From positions 2,720,001-2,784,000 of the forward strand of contig CBDEFM010000002.1 in assembly GCA_965237415.1 (NCBI GenBank): a DNA stretch of 64,000 bases, read 5' to 3'. The position numbers and the translations under genes are program-made. Positions 1 through 12,019 of this stretch are shown one piece after another (the first letter of the stretch is position 1; each line of letters begins with the position of its first letter). Origin of the DNA: Alphaproteobacteria bacterium (GTDB lineage Bacteria > Pseudomonadota > Alphaproteobacteria > UBA828). Below the pieces are notes generated by a model. It did not search any database and was not told the origin of the DNA. It saw nothing but the letters and a program-made list of their open reading frames with translations.

Positions 1-205
1 GTTCGGCCGCGGCGCGGCAAGGGCGGGGACTACTCAGTTCCCTGACGCGCCGGGCGCTCGCATCACGCGGCCCGGCACATCTCAAATCGCACACCTTGTT
101 GTTTGCCGGGCGCGCGCTGCCCCGGCAGCTTGGTCTCCCCTTCCGTCCTTTGGAACGGAAAGGGTCGAGATTGGCTGATCTGGAACGAGGTCGGGAAGGC
201 CTCGA

Positions 206-652
206 TCAGGAGGCCTGAGACGCGTGCTCCTCGGCCGCATCCTGCGCGTCGTCGCCCGCCGCTACAGCCTGAGGCTGGGGCTCGGCGACCGCTGCCGGAT
301 CTTGCTCCCCGCCCGGTTGCTGCTCGGGCTCGATCCGCGGTTGCGACTGTTGCGGTTGCTGAGGATGGGGTTGTTGTCCCTGCGGGCGCTGCGCCCGCTG
401 GTCCCAGCCGTTGGCGGCAACCACGCGGTAGTAATGTTCGGCGTGCTGGAAGAAATTTTCTGCGCCGATCCGGTCCCCCGCCGAGAGCGCGTCTTGCGCC
501 AAGGCTTGGTATTTCTCGATGACCTGAAAGGCGGTTCCGCGGATCCTTCCTTCGGGGCCATTGCTCTCGAAGGTTGAGCCACGCCCTTGAAAACCGGGGC
601 GCCGTCCGTTGCCTCTATACCCGCGCGGGCGTTTGTTGTTTGGACCCTTCAT
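206..652 (-). CDS. DUF4167 domain protein
   Basis: FESNGPEGRIRGTAFQVIEKYQALAQDA...ENFFQHAEHYYR signature; usual position downstream of prmC in alphaproteobacteria. Confidence 0.9.
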   Translation of the reverse strand: MKGPNNKRPRGYRGNGRRPGFQGRGSTFESNGPEGRIRGTAFQVIEKYQALAQDALSAGDRIGAENFFQHAEHYYRVVAANGWDQRAQRPQGQQPHPQQPQQSQPRIEPEQQPGGEQDPAAVAEPQPQAVAAGDDAQDAAEEHASQAS

Positions 653-869
653 ACTGCTCGCCTTCTGCCCTAACCTGCGTCCGCACGCCGCGCTCCGACT
701 GCGCAGTTTCCGGAAACGCTTGCCAGCTTCTTATCGCTGAGGAACTCTGCGAGACCGTTCAACCGGTCGAGTATCGCGAGTCCTGCAGACCCTAACCATC
801 ATCGCGCAGTTTGCAACCTCTTTTTTGCCATCGGGGATGTTCCGGCGTCAAGAAATTGTCTTTTACGAA

Positions 870-1738
870 TCAGAATCCAGCGCCCGCTCCATGGACGAAC
901 AACGCACAACGGTCGATGCCCGCTAGATCGCGGCGACGGTCGATCTCTGCGAGTCCCATCGCTGCAAACAATGATGCGATTTCATCCGCCATCTCGGCGC
1001 CGAGTTCGATTGCGGCCAGACCCGCCGGCGCCAAGAGGCGCGCAATCTGCGGCGCGAGCTGCCGGTAACACGTGTATCCGTCAGCCCCGCCGGCAAGCGC
1101 CGCCTGCGGCTCGTGGCAGACGATCTCCGGCGCAAGCGATGTCAGTGCCGCCGCTGCCACATAGGGCGGATTGCTCACCACGATGTCGAACCGTGCGGCG
1201 AGCGGTGCGCCCCAGTCGGCAACGACGAAAGACGCCCGGCCGTCGAGACTGTGGCGCCGCGCGTTGGCCCGCGCCAGCGAAACGGCGGCGGCGCTGCTAT
1301 CGACACCCAACCCAACCGCGCCTGGAAGTTCGCTGAGGAGGGCGACCAGCAAGCAGCCCGAGCCCGTGCCCAGATCCAGCAGGCGCGGACAGGGCGGGAG
1401 CTGCGCGGTGCGCGCCAGCACCGCCTCGACAACGGTCTCGGTCTCGGGCCTCGGCACCAGCGCAGATCGGTCAACGGCGAATTCGAGGCTCCAGAACTCG
1501 CGGCAGCCGGTGAGGTAGGCGATCGGCTCGCGCGCGGCCCGGCGGCGGACGAGCTCAGCGAGCCGCTCGGCCTCGGCTTCGCCGAGCGGCAGATCGTCTT
1601 CGGCGAGCAGGGTCTCGGGCGTGAGTCCCAGCGCATGTTGCATCAGCAGGCGAGCGTCGCGCCTCGGCCCGTCTATGCCTGCCGAGCGCAACGCTGCAAT
1701 CGCAGCACCGAGTGCTGCCACCCTGGTCGCGGCGCCGC

Positions 1739-1742
<4 letters not shown>
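870..1742 (-). CDS. prmC: Release factor glutamine methyltransferase
   Basis: [17 protein letters not shown] and VSNPPY motifs; overlaps prfA stop. Confidence 0.97.
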
Positions 1743-2823
<1,081 letters not shown>

Positions 2824-2827
<4 letters not shown>

Positions 2828-4086
2828 CGGCCGGGCGCGTAGCGGGCGAGATGCGCGCTGAGCTCGGCCTCCGGCGCTTCAACCTGTGCGCCGCTGTCGA
2901 GGTCGCGGACCGTCGCTATGCCGCGATCCATTTCGTTATCGCCCAGGATAATCGCGGCTGCAGCGTGTGCCTGATTGGCCCGCTTCATGCGCTTCGAAAG
3001 CGTGCCGCGATAGGTCAACTCCACCGAAAAGCCCTCGTGCCGAAGACGCTGGGCAAGCCCAAGCGCGGCGGCCTCGGCCCGCGCGCCGAGCGGCACGATG
3101 GCGATGGGGCGGGGCGGAGCCTCCACGTCGCCCGCCTCGGCCACCAGGGCGGCGAGGCGCTCGATACCGCCGGCCCAACCGACGCCGGGCGTGGGCGGCC
3201 CGCCCATGGTTTCCACCAAGCCGTCATAGCGACCGCCGGCCAGCACGGCTCCCTGGGCGCCAAGCGCCTCGGTCGTGAACTCGAAGGCCGTGTGGCAGTA
3301 GTAATCCAGGCCGCGCACGAGCCGCGCGTTGCGGCTGAAGGCAACGCCGATCCTGCTGAGCCCGTCGCACACGGTACCGAAGAACGCCGCTGCTTCCGGG
3401 CTCAGATGGGCGTCGATCGCCGGTGCGTCGGCCAGCACCGCCCGGTCGCCCGCGTCCTTGGAATCGAGGACACGCAGCGGATTGCGCCGGAGCCGCTGCT
3501 TGCTCTCCTCGGACAAGGCATCCTCGTTGGCCTCAAGATGGGCGACGAGTGCCGACCGGTAAGCACGGCGGCTTGTCTCGTCGGCAAGCGTGTTGATCTC
3601 CAGCGTGACCCGGTCGAGCACGCCCAGCGCCTCCAGCAGGTGCGCGCCGAGTGCGATCACTTCGATGTCGGCGAGCGGCTCGGCCGCACCGATCAGCTCG
3701 ACGCCGATCTGATGGAATTGGCGGAGCCTGCCCTTCTGCGGCCGCTCGTAGCGAAACATCGGCCCGGCGTAGAAGCACTTGAAGGGACGGCGATCGCCGA
3801 AGGTGCCGCCGATCACCGCGCGTGCGACACCCGCCGTGTTCTCGGGCCTGAGCGTGAGCTCCGAGCCGCCGCGGTCCGTAAAGGTGTACATCTCCTTGGT
3901 CACGATATCCGAGGTGTCGCCGAGAGTGCGGCGGAACACGTCGCTGAACTCGAAGATCGGTGTTGCGACCTCGGCAAATCCGTAACGGGCGGCGAGGGTG
4001 CGCGCGTGCTCGATAACGTGACGGTGCCGGCGCATCTCGTCTGCCGCGAGGTCGTGCGTTCCACGAACCGGCTGAATTTTGCGCAC
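2824..4086 (-). CDS. hisS: Histidine--tRNA ligase
   Basis: [39 protein letters not shown]; GTG start. Confidence 0.98.
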
Positions 4087-4191
4087 TGTTTGGGTTCCTG
4101 AACGATGCCGGTGCTGCTGCCGGCGTGACGGCGGCGGATTTAGTGACTCGATTCGACAGTCCCGGCAAGCGGCGACGGACGCCGCGCGCGC

Positions 4192-5595
4192 CTACCCGCC
4201 GGTGGCGGTGCCGGACAAGAGGCGATCGGGATCGAGCGCGATATTCCGCATGACCACGCCGAGCGGACCGAGGGCGGGTGCGACGGCGTCATCGACCTTG
4301 ACCTCAAGACCGCCGGCATTGCCGGTCACCATGACGAGGCCGGGCCGGTCGGGCACCCGATAAGAATCGCCTGCGTGCAGAATGCGCGTCAGCAGCAGCT
4401 CGTTGTCGGGGCCCTGAATCTGAACCCAGCTGTCGTCGACCGCAGTGATGACCACGCGGGCGTCGAGATTGGTACGCCCATAAACCTTTGGGACATAGCC
4501 GGTATCCGCCGACGGCAAGGACGGCTCTTCTGTCGTGGTCGATGGCGGGGCGGTCTCCTCCGGCGGCACGTCGGCCATCGGCTCCGTCGCAGCAGGCGCG
4601 GACGCGGTGTCGTCCACGGTGCCCGCGGCATCGGCCCGGGCGACATCGACACTGTCCGTGGTCCCGCTGGACTGGGTAGCGTCGCCCGTGACGGCTTCGT
4701 CAGCGCTGCTAATGGTGCTGTCCGTCCCGCCGACCTCCGCCACTACAAAGTCGAGCGGCACCGCGATCGCCGGGCTCGGATCGGAAATCTCCGCGCTTGC
4801 GACGGACGGTTCGTTCTGCGCGGACGGTGCGGCCACATCGGCTGCCCGTGCGGGCTCTTCCTGCCGCGGCGCTGCCGGGGCCGGCTCCGCCTGTCCCGAT
4901 GCTGCGGACTCAGGCTCCGACGGCGCAGCGGTTGTTACCTCCGCGACGACAGGCGCGGTGGCTGTCTCCGCGGGGGGTTCAGGCGTGGCCTCTGCGGCGG
5001 GCTGGGCGGCCGCCGTCTCAGGCGCGGCGTCTCCCCCCGTGGCCCCTCCGCCTGTGGCGTCGGTTTCGCTCAGGCCGACCGCCTCGGTGAGCTTGGTCGA
5101 TACGTCGTCGACGAGGTCCGTCGCGATCTGGCCGCCGGTCGATTGGTACTGCCAGCCGCCGTAGGCGAGGCCCGCCAGCACCAAGACGAGGAGAATGAGC
5201 CAGAACTTCGGTTTGGGGCTGGAATCGCTGGGCGAGGGGAAGGCGAGCCGCGGCTCCCTCGTATCGAGACGCTGCTCGCGCTTGAACGCGTCAATGATTT
5301 CGTCGGGGTCGAGGCCGAGAAAGCCCGAATAGCTGCGCAGAAACCCGATGATGTAGGTGGTGCCCGGAATCTGGTCGAAGCGCCCTTCTTCCAGCGCCTC
5401 GAGGTAGTGCTCCTGAATGCGCAGCACATGGGCGGCATCGGACAAGCTGTAGCCGCCCCTGAGCCTCGCTTCACGCAGCTCGGCGCAGAAGCCCGGGAGG
5501 ACTTGCCGGTCGTCGCCGCCCGTCTCGTGAACGAGCCGCGGCCCGACCAGATCAGGCCCGGTTGCCTCTAACGGCATCCGTAGAGGTTCCTTCAT
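4192..5595 (-). CDS. rodZ: RodZ-like protein (HTH, TM helix, long acidic Pro/Ala/Thr linker, DUF4115 domain)
   Basis: LREARLRGGYSLSDAAHVLRIQEHYLEALEEG...GFLRSYSGFLGLD; TM FWLILLVLVLAGLAYGGW; C-terminal SWVQI...TGNAGGL; start may lie a few codons downstream. Confidence 0.88.
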   Translation of the reverse strand: MKEPLRMPLEATGPDLVGPRLVHETGGDDRQVLPGFCAELREARLRGGYSLSDAAHVLRIQEHYLEALEEGRFDQIPGTTYIIGFLRSYSGFLGLDPDEIIDAFKREQRLDTREPRLAFPSPSDSSPKPKFWLILLVLVLAGLAYGGWQYQSTGGQIATDLVDDVSTKLTEAVGLSETDATGGGATGGDAAPETAAAQPAAEATPEPPAETATAPVVAEVTTAAPSEPESAASGQAEPAPAAPRQEEPARAADVAAPSAQNEPSVASAEISDPSPAIAVPLDFVVAEVGGTDSTISSADEAVTGDATQSSGTTDSVDVARADAAGTVDDTASAPAATEPMADVPPEETAPPSTTTEEPSLPSADTGYVPKVYGRTNLDARVVITAVDDSWVQIQGPDNELLLTRILHAGDSYRVPDRPGLVMVTGNAGGLEVKVDDAVAPALGPLGVVMRNIALDPDRLLSGTATGG

Positions 5596-5847
5596 GACTC
5601 GCGTCCTGCAACCGCGAGCGCACGCGCGGCCCTCCCTGCCGGCGTTACGCGCTCAGGCACCCACTTGCGATCCTCAGACTCGCTCCACTTTGTGTTCGTG
5701 TCACCGCCTCGTTTTGCCAGTTATGTTCCCGGCATTCCAAAGACCGCGACTCGATCTGTCGTCCCCCGATACTACTAACACGTCGTGTTACTTTATCATC
5801 CGCTGCCAACCCGCGCAAACGTCAACTCACGTAGACTGTGGCTGACG

Positions 5848-6942
5848 TCAAGCGCTTGCAGGCAGGGGGCGATTCGTCGACGGATCGCCACCGTCAATGC
5901 TTGCGGCACCGCGTTCGGCACTCGCCGCGAGCGCGCTTACGGCCTGATCGATTAGTTCGGCAATAATATCGCTCGTCGACTGCTCTGCGGTCACCATGCC
6001 GACACTCTGGCCAGCCATGAGAGAGCCGTTCTCAACATCGCCCTCGATCGCAGCCCGTCTGAGCGCGCCGGCCCAGAAATGCTCGATGGCAAGCTTGGCA
6101 CCGGCGAGTTCGACTTCGCCCTGACGATAGCGCGCGATGGTCTGCCGCTGAAACGCCTCGAAGCGTGCGGTCGCCTTGTTGGCGACGGCGCGCACCGGAA
6201 TGACGGGAAAATCGGGGTCGATCTGCACCGAGAGCCGCGCGTCGCGCGCATTCGCCCGGATCATCGCCTGCTTGAAGCGTGGATGGGCGATCGATTCCGT
6301 CGCGCACACGAAGCGCGTCCCCAGCTGGCAGCCGGCGGCGCCCATCGCCAGAAAGAGCGCGACCGCATCGCCGCGCCCGATCCCGCCGCCGACGAAGACC
6401 GGCACCTCGTCGAACTGGGGCAGCACCTCCTGGGCGAGGACGTTGGTCGACACCGGGCCGATGTGACCGCCCGCCTCCATGCCCTCGATGATGAGCGCGT
6501 CGATGCCCTGCCTGGCGAGCCTGCGTGCGAGCGGCAGCGTGGGCGCGAAGGCGACGACGCGGGTGCCCGCCTTCTTCAGGGTCTCGATCGTCCGTTTGGG
6601 CGGCATCCCGCCGGCCAACACCACATGGCCGACTTGCCGATCGATGCAGGTCCCGACGAGCGCATCCAGCTCTGGGTGCATGACGATGATGTTGACCCCG
6701 AAGGGCTTATCGCAGCGCTCATAGACGCCGTCGATCTCCGCCGCAAGCTGGTCCGGAGCGAGCGAGCCGCAGGCCACCACGCCGAAGCCGCCGGCGTTGG
6801 AGATGGCGGCGACCAGGTTCCGCTCGGAGACCCACGACATCGCGCCGCCCAGGATCGCGTAGCGGGTGCCGAGGAACGCCCGCCCCCGCGCCCAGTAGGC
6901 ATTGAGCCGGCGGCGCGCGCTCTCGCGCGCTTCAGGACTCAC
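5848..6942 (-). CDS. Nitronate monooxygenase / FabK-like flavin oxidoreductase
   Basis: GGAMSWVSERNLVAAISNAGGFG, EAGGHIG, GCQLGTRF, GSLMAGQSVG. Confidence 0.9.
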   Translation of the reverse strand: MSPEARESARRRLNAYWARGRAFLGTRYAILGGAMSWVSERNLVAAISNAGGFGVVACGSLAPDQLAAEIDGVYERCDKPFGVNIIVMHPELDALVGTCIDRQVGHVVLAGGMPPKRTIETLKKAGTRVVAFAPTLPLARRLARQGIDALIIEGMEAGGHIGPVSTNVLAQEVLPQFDEVPVFVGGGIGRGDAVALFLAMGAAGCQLGTRFVCATESIAHPRFKQAMIRANARDARLSVQIDPDFPVIPVRAVANKATARFEAFQRQTIARYRQGEVELAGAKLAIEHFWAGALRRAAIEGDVENGSLMAGQSVGMVTAEQSTSDIIAELIDQAVSALAASAERGAASIDGGDPSTNRPLPASA

Positions 6943-8156
6943 GGGTCGTCGAGCCCGTAGGCCGCATGAAGGGCGCGCACGGCGAGCTCGGTATAGTCTT
7001 CCGAGACCAGCACGCTGATCTTGATCTCCGAGGTCGAAATCACCTGGATGTTAATCCCCTTCTCGGCGAGTGCCGCGAACATCGTCTGCGCCACCCCGGC
7101 GTGGCTGCGCATGCCGACGCCGATCACCGACACTTTGACCACGCCCTGGTCAGCCACCAGCCGCTCGAAGGCGACAGCGCTCCGCAACTCTTCGAGGATC
7201 GCGATGGAGCGGCCCAGATCGGCCTCCGTCACCGTGAAGGTGAGATCCGTGGTGCCGTCGGCGGAGATATTCTGCACGATCATGTCGACATTGACGTTGC
7301 CGTCCGCCAACGGCCCGAAGATGCTCGCCGCGACGCCAGGGCGGTCGGCGACGCCCATCACCGTGATCTTCGCTTCGTCGCGGCTGTAGGCGATCCCGCT
7401 GACCCGCTCTTGTTCCACGATGTCGTCCTCATCGACCACGAATGTTCCGGGGGTATCGGAAAAGCTGGAAGCGACCTGAAGCGGCACCTGGTGCTTCATC
7501 GCCATCTCTACGGCGCGGATCTGCAAGACCTTGGCGCCGAGGGAGGCGAGTTCCAGCATCTCCTCGTAAGTGATTTTATTCAGCTTGCGCGCCGTCGCAA
7601 CGATGCGTGGGTCGGCGGTGAAGACACCCTCCACGTCGGTGAAGATGTCGCACCGGTCGGCGCCGAGCGCTGCGGCAAGCGCCACCGCCGAGGTGTCGGT
7701 GCCGCCCCGGCCCAGCGTCGTGATCCGCCCGAGCGGCCCCAAACCCTGAAAGCCCGCGACCACCGGCACTTCATGCCGGGCCAGGCGCCGATGCAGCTCG
7801 TCGGTCTCGATCCCCTCGATCCTGGCGCGGCCGTGACCGCCGTCCGTGCGGATCGGGATCTGCCAGCCGAGCCATGAGCGTGCCGTGACGCCCCGGCTTT
7901 GCAGTGCCAGCGCGAGTAGCCCGGCGGTGATCTGCTCGCCTGCCGCGGCCACGGTGTCGTATTCCCGCGCATCGTGGAGCGCGGCCGCCGCCCGCACCCA
8001 GGAGACCAGCTGATCGGTCGTGCCGGCCATGGCGGAAACCACGACTGCGACCCGGTCGCCGCCGTCGGCCGCCGCCTTCACACGGTCGGCGACCACGTTG
8101 ATGCGGTCGAGGTCGGCCAGCGACGTGCCGCCGTATTTGTGAACGATTAGAGCCAT
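6939..8156 (-). CDS. lysC: Aspartate kinase
   Basis: Start placed at MALIVHKYGGTS; VVSAMAG, TTLGRGGTD, two ACT domains. Confidence 0.97.
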   Translation of the reverse strand: MALIVHKYGGTSLADLDRINVVADRVKAAADGGDRVAVVVSAMAGTTDQLVSWVRAAAALHDAREYDTVAAAGEQITAGLLALALQSRGVTARSWLGWQIPIRTDGGHGRARIEGIETDELHRRLARHEVPVVAGFQGLGPLGRITTLGRGGTDTSAVALAAALGADRCDIFTDVEGVFTADPRIVATARKLNKITYEEMLELASLGAKVLQIRAVEMAMKHQVPLQVASSFSDTPGTFVVDEDDIVEQERVSGIAYSRDEAKITVMGVADRPGVAASIFGPLADGNVNVDMIVQNISADGTTDLTFTVTEADLGRSIAILEELRSAVAFERLVADQGVVKVSVIGVGMRSHAGVAQTMFAALAEKGINIQVISTSEIKISVLVSEDYTELAVRALHAAYGLDDP

Positions 8157-8272
8157 CGGGTGGGGCGCGCCTGCGTCGGGGAGGCGACGCTTGCCGGTCG
8201 TGGAGACGCCCCTACATACTGGCTGCGCCCCCGCCACGCAAGCAGGCAGCCGGGCCAAAGGAGAGCGGGCCA

Positions 8273-9106
8273 ATGGCCGCAGACGAGCACGAGCAGCAAT
8301 CGCCGAAGGCCGCGGAGGCGGGAGAAGCGCCTCGCGCTGCCGGCGACCCCGGCGCCGATCCCAGCGTCGATCCGGCGGAGGTCGAGCGCTTTGCCGCACT
8401 CGCCGAGCGCTGGTGGGACCGCCATGGCGCCTTCCGTGCCCTGCACGCGCTGAACCCCGTCCGCATCGCCTATGTGCGGGATGCGCTTGTCGCCGATGCC
8501 CGGCCCGACGCGCGCGCCGACGGCGCGGCGGCGCTCAAGCCGCTGGCCGGCCTCCGGCTCCTCGATGTCGGCTGCGGCGGCGGGCTGATGGCCGAGCCCA
8601 TGTGTCGGTTGGGCGCCGAGGTGGTCGCCGTCGACGCGGCGAAGGCCAACGTCCGCGCGGCCCGTCACCATGCCGAGGAGCAAGGGCTCGCCATCGACTA
8701 CCGCCACGCCACGGCGGAGGCGCTGGCCGCCGCCGGCGAGCGCTTCGACGCCGTGCTGGCGCTCGAAATCGTCGAGCATGTGGCCGATCTAGACGCCTTC
8801 GCCGCTGCCTGCACGGACCTCGTCAAACCCGGCGGATCGTTTATCGTAGCCACGCTCAACCGCACGCTTGCGGCCTACGCGCTCGCCATCGTCGCGGCCG
8901 AGCGGATCCTCGGCTGGCTGCCGGCCGGCAGCCACGACTGGTCGCGCTTCGTCCGCCCGGCCGAGATGGTGCGCCTGCTGCGCCGCCACGGGCTCGCCGT
9001 CGCCGACATGCAGGGCATGGTCTACAACCCGCTCGCTGGCGGCTGGACCACGAGCCCCAACCTCGCAGTGAACTACATCGTGCACGCCAGGAAGCCCGAC
9101 GCCTGA
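8273..9106 (+). CDS. ubiG: Ubiquinone biosynthesis O-methyltransferase
   Basis: WWD...LHALNPVR, LDVGCGGGL, EIVEHV; divergent from lysC as usual. Confidence 0.95.
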   Translation: MAADEHEQQSPKAAEAGEAPRAAGDPGADPSVDPAEVERFAALAERWWDRHGAFRALHALNPVRIAYVRDALVADARPDARADGAAALKPLAGLRLLDVGCGGGLMAEPMCRLGAEVVAVDAAKANVRAARHHAEEQGLAIDYRHATAEALAAAGERFDAVLALEIVEHVADLDAFAAACTDLVKPGGSFIVATLNRTLAAYALAIVAAERILGWLPAGSHDWSRFVRPAEMVRLLRRHGLAVADMQGMVYNPLAGGWTTSPNLAVNYIVHARKPDA

Positions 9107-9139
9107 GGGCGCGGCGGCTACGACCCGGCGTCGCCGGTT

Positions 9140-9601
9140 CTAAGCGTCGTGGCGGGGGACCCAGGGGATCTCGCCGATCTCGATCCCCTCGTCGGCGAGT
9201 TCGCCGACCTCTTCCTTGGTCGCGTCGCCGTAGATGCTGCGGCGCTCGACCTCGCCATGGTGGATCTTGCGCGCTTCCTCTGGGAAGCGCTCGCCCACAT
9301 GGTCGAAGTTCTGCTCGATATAGCTGCGCATCCGCCGCAACGTCCCGATGGCGCGGGCCATCTCCGGTGGCGTCGGCTTGCGCGCGGGCGCTGGCGTGGG
9401 TGCAGGTGCAGGCTCAGGCTCGCCCCGCGCCTTGTTGTTGACCGCGATATTGGGCGCCATCGGGGCCTTGGCGATCTTCACGTCGCCGCAGAGGGGGCAA
9501 GCGATCTCACGCGCCTTCGCCTGCCGCTCGTAGGTCGCGGAGTCGGCGAAGTAGGCCTCGAACACGTGGTCCTTGCCGCATTTGAGGTCGAACACGATCA
9601 T
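9140..9601 (-). CDS. DUF1178 family protein
   Basis: MIVFDLKCGKDHVFEAYF...CPLCG...KAPMAP, VGERFPEEARKIH. Confidence 0.92.
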   Translation of the reverse strand: MIVFDLKCGKDHVFEAYFADSATYERQAKAREIACPLCGDVKIAKAPMAPNIAVNNKARGEPEPAPAPTPAPARKPTPPEMARAIGTLRRMRSYIEQNFDHVGERFPEEARKIHHGEVERRSIYGDATKEEVGELADEGIEIGEIPWVPRHDA

Positions 9602-9696
9602 GGGATTGCGCCCGGCTCGCTGCCACGGTCGCGGCAACGTACCATAAAACCCCGAATCCATACGAAAATTCATTTCGCCCCGCAGCCAACACCGCC

Positions 9697-10227
9697 ATGC
9701 ACCGTCATCGCTCGCGCGTCCCCTCCCCCTGGATCACCCGCCATGCGGGCCTGATCGCCGCCGGCGGCCACGCGCTCGACCTCGCCTGCGGCGGGGGCCG
9801 GCACACGCGCTATCTGCGAGACCGGGGCCTCAGGGTCACGGCCATCGACATCGACACCTCGGGCCTTGCCGATCTCGCGGACGATCCGCTGGTCGAGATC
9901 GTCGAGATGGACCTCGAACGCCCTGGCACTCAGCCGCTTCAAGGCAGGCGCTTCGATGCGGTGGTGGTAACCGACTATCTGTTTCGCCCGCTGCTCGTTC
10001 CGCTCGTCGACTGCCTGGAGCCGGGCGGGGTCTTCCTCTACGAGACCTTCGCCCTCGGCAACGAGCGCTTCGGGCGCCCCCGCAACCCGGACTTCCTATT
10101 GCAGCGTGGCGAGCTGCTGGCGCTGGCCGAAAGCCGTCTCACGGTCATCGCCTACGAGCACCGCACGGTCCCGCCGCCTACGCCGAAGATCGTGCAACGC
10201 CTCTGCGGGCTGAAGCCCACGGGGTAA
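9697..10227 (+). CDS. Class I SAM-dependent methyltransferase
   Basis: LDLACGGGRH motif I; YETF...GRPRNPDFLL. Confidence 0.88.
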   Translation: MHRHRSRVPSPWITRHAGLIAAGGHALDLACGGGRHTRYLRDRGLRVTAIDIDTSGLADLADDPLVEIVEMDLERPGTQPLQGRRFDAVVVTDYLFRPLLVPLVDCLEPGGVFLYETFALGNERFGRPRNPDFLLQRGELLALAESRLTVIAYEHRTVPPPTPKIVQRLCGLKPTG

Positions 10228-10301
10228 GGAGCAGCAGAGGGGTCGGGGCGCGAAGCGGCTCGGAGCACCCGCCCGGCGCTTGGGGGATCTGAAGAGCAGC
10301 T

Positions 10302-11162
10302 TCAGCCGGCGGCGCGGCGGGGTACTGGCTCCACGTCGGCTGGCGGCAGGAAGGCGCGATCGTGCGCCAGCGCCGGCATCGTAGCCCGCGCCCGGTCGAT
10401 GCGCGCGAGCTCGAGATCGGCGATCGCGATGCCCACTCCCTCGCCGCGATCGGCCAGCACCTCGCCCCAGGGGTCGACGATGAGCGAGTGGCCATAGGTC
10501 TTGCGTCCGCCGGAATGGCTGCCCCACATGCAGGGCGCGATGACGAAGCAGCCGGTCTCGATGGCGCGGGCCCGCATCAACACGTGCCAATGGGCCTCGC
10601 CGGTGTGCTTGGTGAAGGCCGCGGGCACGGTGATCAGTCGTGCCCCGGCATGGGCCAGAGCCCGGTAAAGCTGCGGGAAGCGCAGGTCGTAGCAGACAGT
10701 CATGCCGAGGCCGCCCCAGGGCGTCTCCGCCACCACCGCCCGCCCGCCCGGGCTGAAGGCCTCGCTCTCGCGGTAGCTCTCGCCCGTGGGCAAGTCGACA
10801 TCGAACATGTGGATCTTGTCGTAGGTCGCGACGATCGCCCCGGACGGGTCGATCAATACGGAGCGGTTGGCGATCCGGCCGTCACCGGCATCCGCCGCCA
10901 TCGAGCCCGCGAGCAACCAGACTTGGGCCTCTTCAGCGAGCGCGCTGAAGAAGCGGGCAGCCGGGTGGGTGTCGAGCGGCGCGGCGCTCGCCTGCACCAG
11001 TTCCGTGCGGTGCTCCATGAGCGCGACATTCTCGGGCAGCGCGACCAGCTCCGCGCCGTCGGCGCAGGCCTCGCGCACCAGCGCGGCGGCGGCATCGAGG
11101 TTGGCCTGTTGGTCCTGGCCACTCGAGGGCTGAACGCAGGCGACCCGAACGGTTTCGGTCAT
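10302..11162 (-). CDS. Carbon-nitrogen hydrolase (Nit1-like)
   Basis: Glu-Lys-Cys triad motifs LPEN, YDKIHMFDV, CYDLRFP; start placed at MTETVRV. Confidence 0.93.
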   Translation of the reverse strand: MTETVRVACVQPSSGQDQQANLDAAAALVREACADGAELVALPENVALMEHRTELVQASAAPLDTHPAARFFSALAEEAQVWLLAGSMAADAGDGRIANRSVLIDPSGAIVATYDKIHMFDVDLPTGESYRESEAFSPGGRAVVAETPWGGLGMTVCYDLRFPQLYRALAHAGARLITVPAAFTKHTGEAHWHVLMRARAIETGCFVIAPCMWGSHSGGRKTYGHSLIVDPWGEVLADRGEGVGIAIADLELARIDRARATMPALAHDRAFLPPADVEPVPRRAAG

Positions 11163-11193
11163 GGCATCCCCCAAGCTTTGGTGCAGATCGGCA

Positions 11194-11970
11194 TCATGGA
11201 CGGCCCGCCAGGGCGCGCGCAAGAGTCGCGACATCGACCCGCGCGGCGCCCGCCTTGCGCAGCGTGCGAGCGCAGGCCGAGACGGTGGCCCCGGTCGTCA
11301 GTACGTCATCCACCAACAGGACGCTACGCCCGGCCACAAGATGCGCGCGCGACTTGCGCACCGCGAAGGCACCCCGCACGTTGCGCCGCCGTGCCGACCC
11401 GGAGAGCCGGGTCTGCGGCGGCGTCCGCCGGGTCCGCACCAGCAGGTCCGGCACCACCACGGCATCCGCCTGGTGCGCCATGAGCCCGGCGAGGATCGCC
11501 GCCTGGTTGAAGCGCCGCGCCAGCAGCCGCCAGCGATGGAGCGGCACCGGCACCACCAGATCGGCATCTGCCAGGAGCGGCGCCGCTGCGCGCTGCAGCC
11601 ACGCGGCGAGCCTGGGCGCGAGCCACGAGCGGTCGGCCATCTTGAAGGCGAGGATCAGCTCGCGCCCCGCGCCCTCGTAGAGGAACGCCGCACGTGCCCG
11701 GTCGTAGGCCGGCGGCAGCCGGGCGCAATCGCCGCAGAGCGCATCCGGGGCCGCCTCGATGGCGAAGGGCAGGCCGCAGCGGGCGCAGCAGGGCCGGCCG
11801 ATGAAGGTGACGCGGTTCCAGCAATCGGGGCAGAGCCCACCGGCCGCGCCCACGGGCGCGTTGCACGCAAGGCAGGACGGCGGCAGCACGAGATCGACGG
11901 CGCCCGCCGCGGCCGCACGCACCCACGCCGCCGCCTGTGCTCCGCTCACGCCATCTTGCATCGTCTGCAC
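11194..11970 (-). CDS. comF: ComF family protein (zinc ribbon + PRTase)
   Basis: CxxC pairs; VPVPLH; LVDDVLTTGAT PRPP-binding loop. Confidence 0.92.
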   Translation of the reverse strand: MQTMQDGVSGAQAAAWVRAAAAGAVDLVLPPSCLACNAPVGAAGGLCPDCWNRVTFIGRPCCARCGLPFAIEAAPDALCGDCARLPPAYDRARAAFLYEGAGRELILAFKMADRSWLAPRLAAWLQRAAAPLLADADLVVPVPLHRWRLLARRFNQAAILAGLMAHQADAVVVPDLLVRTRRTPPQTRLSGSARRRNVRGAFAVRKSRAHLVAGRSVLLVDDVLTTGATVSACARTLRKAGAARVDVATLARALAGRP

Positions 11971-12019
11971 CGCCTGCCTGTGCTTCCCGCCTCCTCTCCA
12001 TCATGCCATAACCGGCGCC

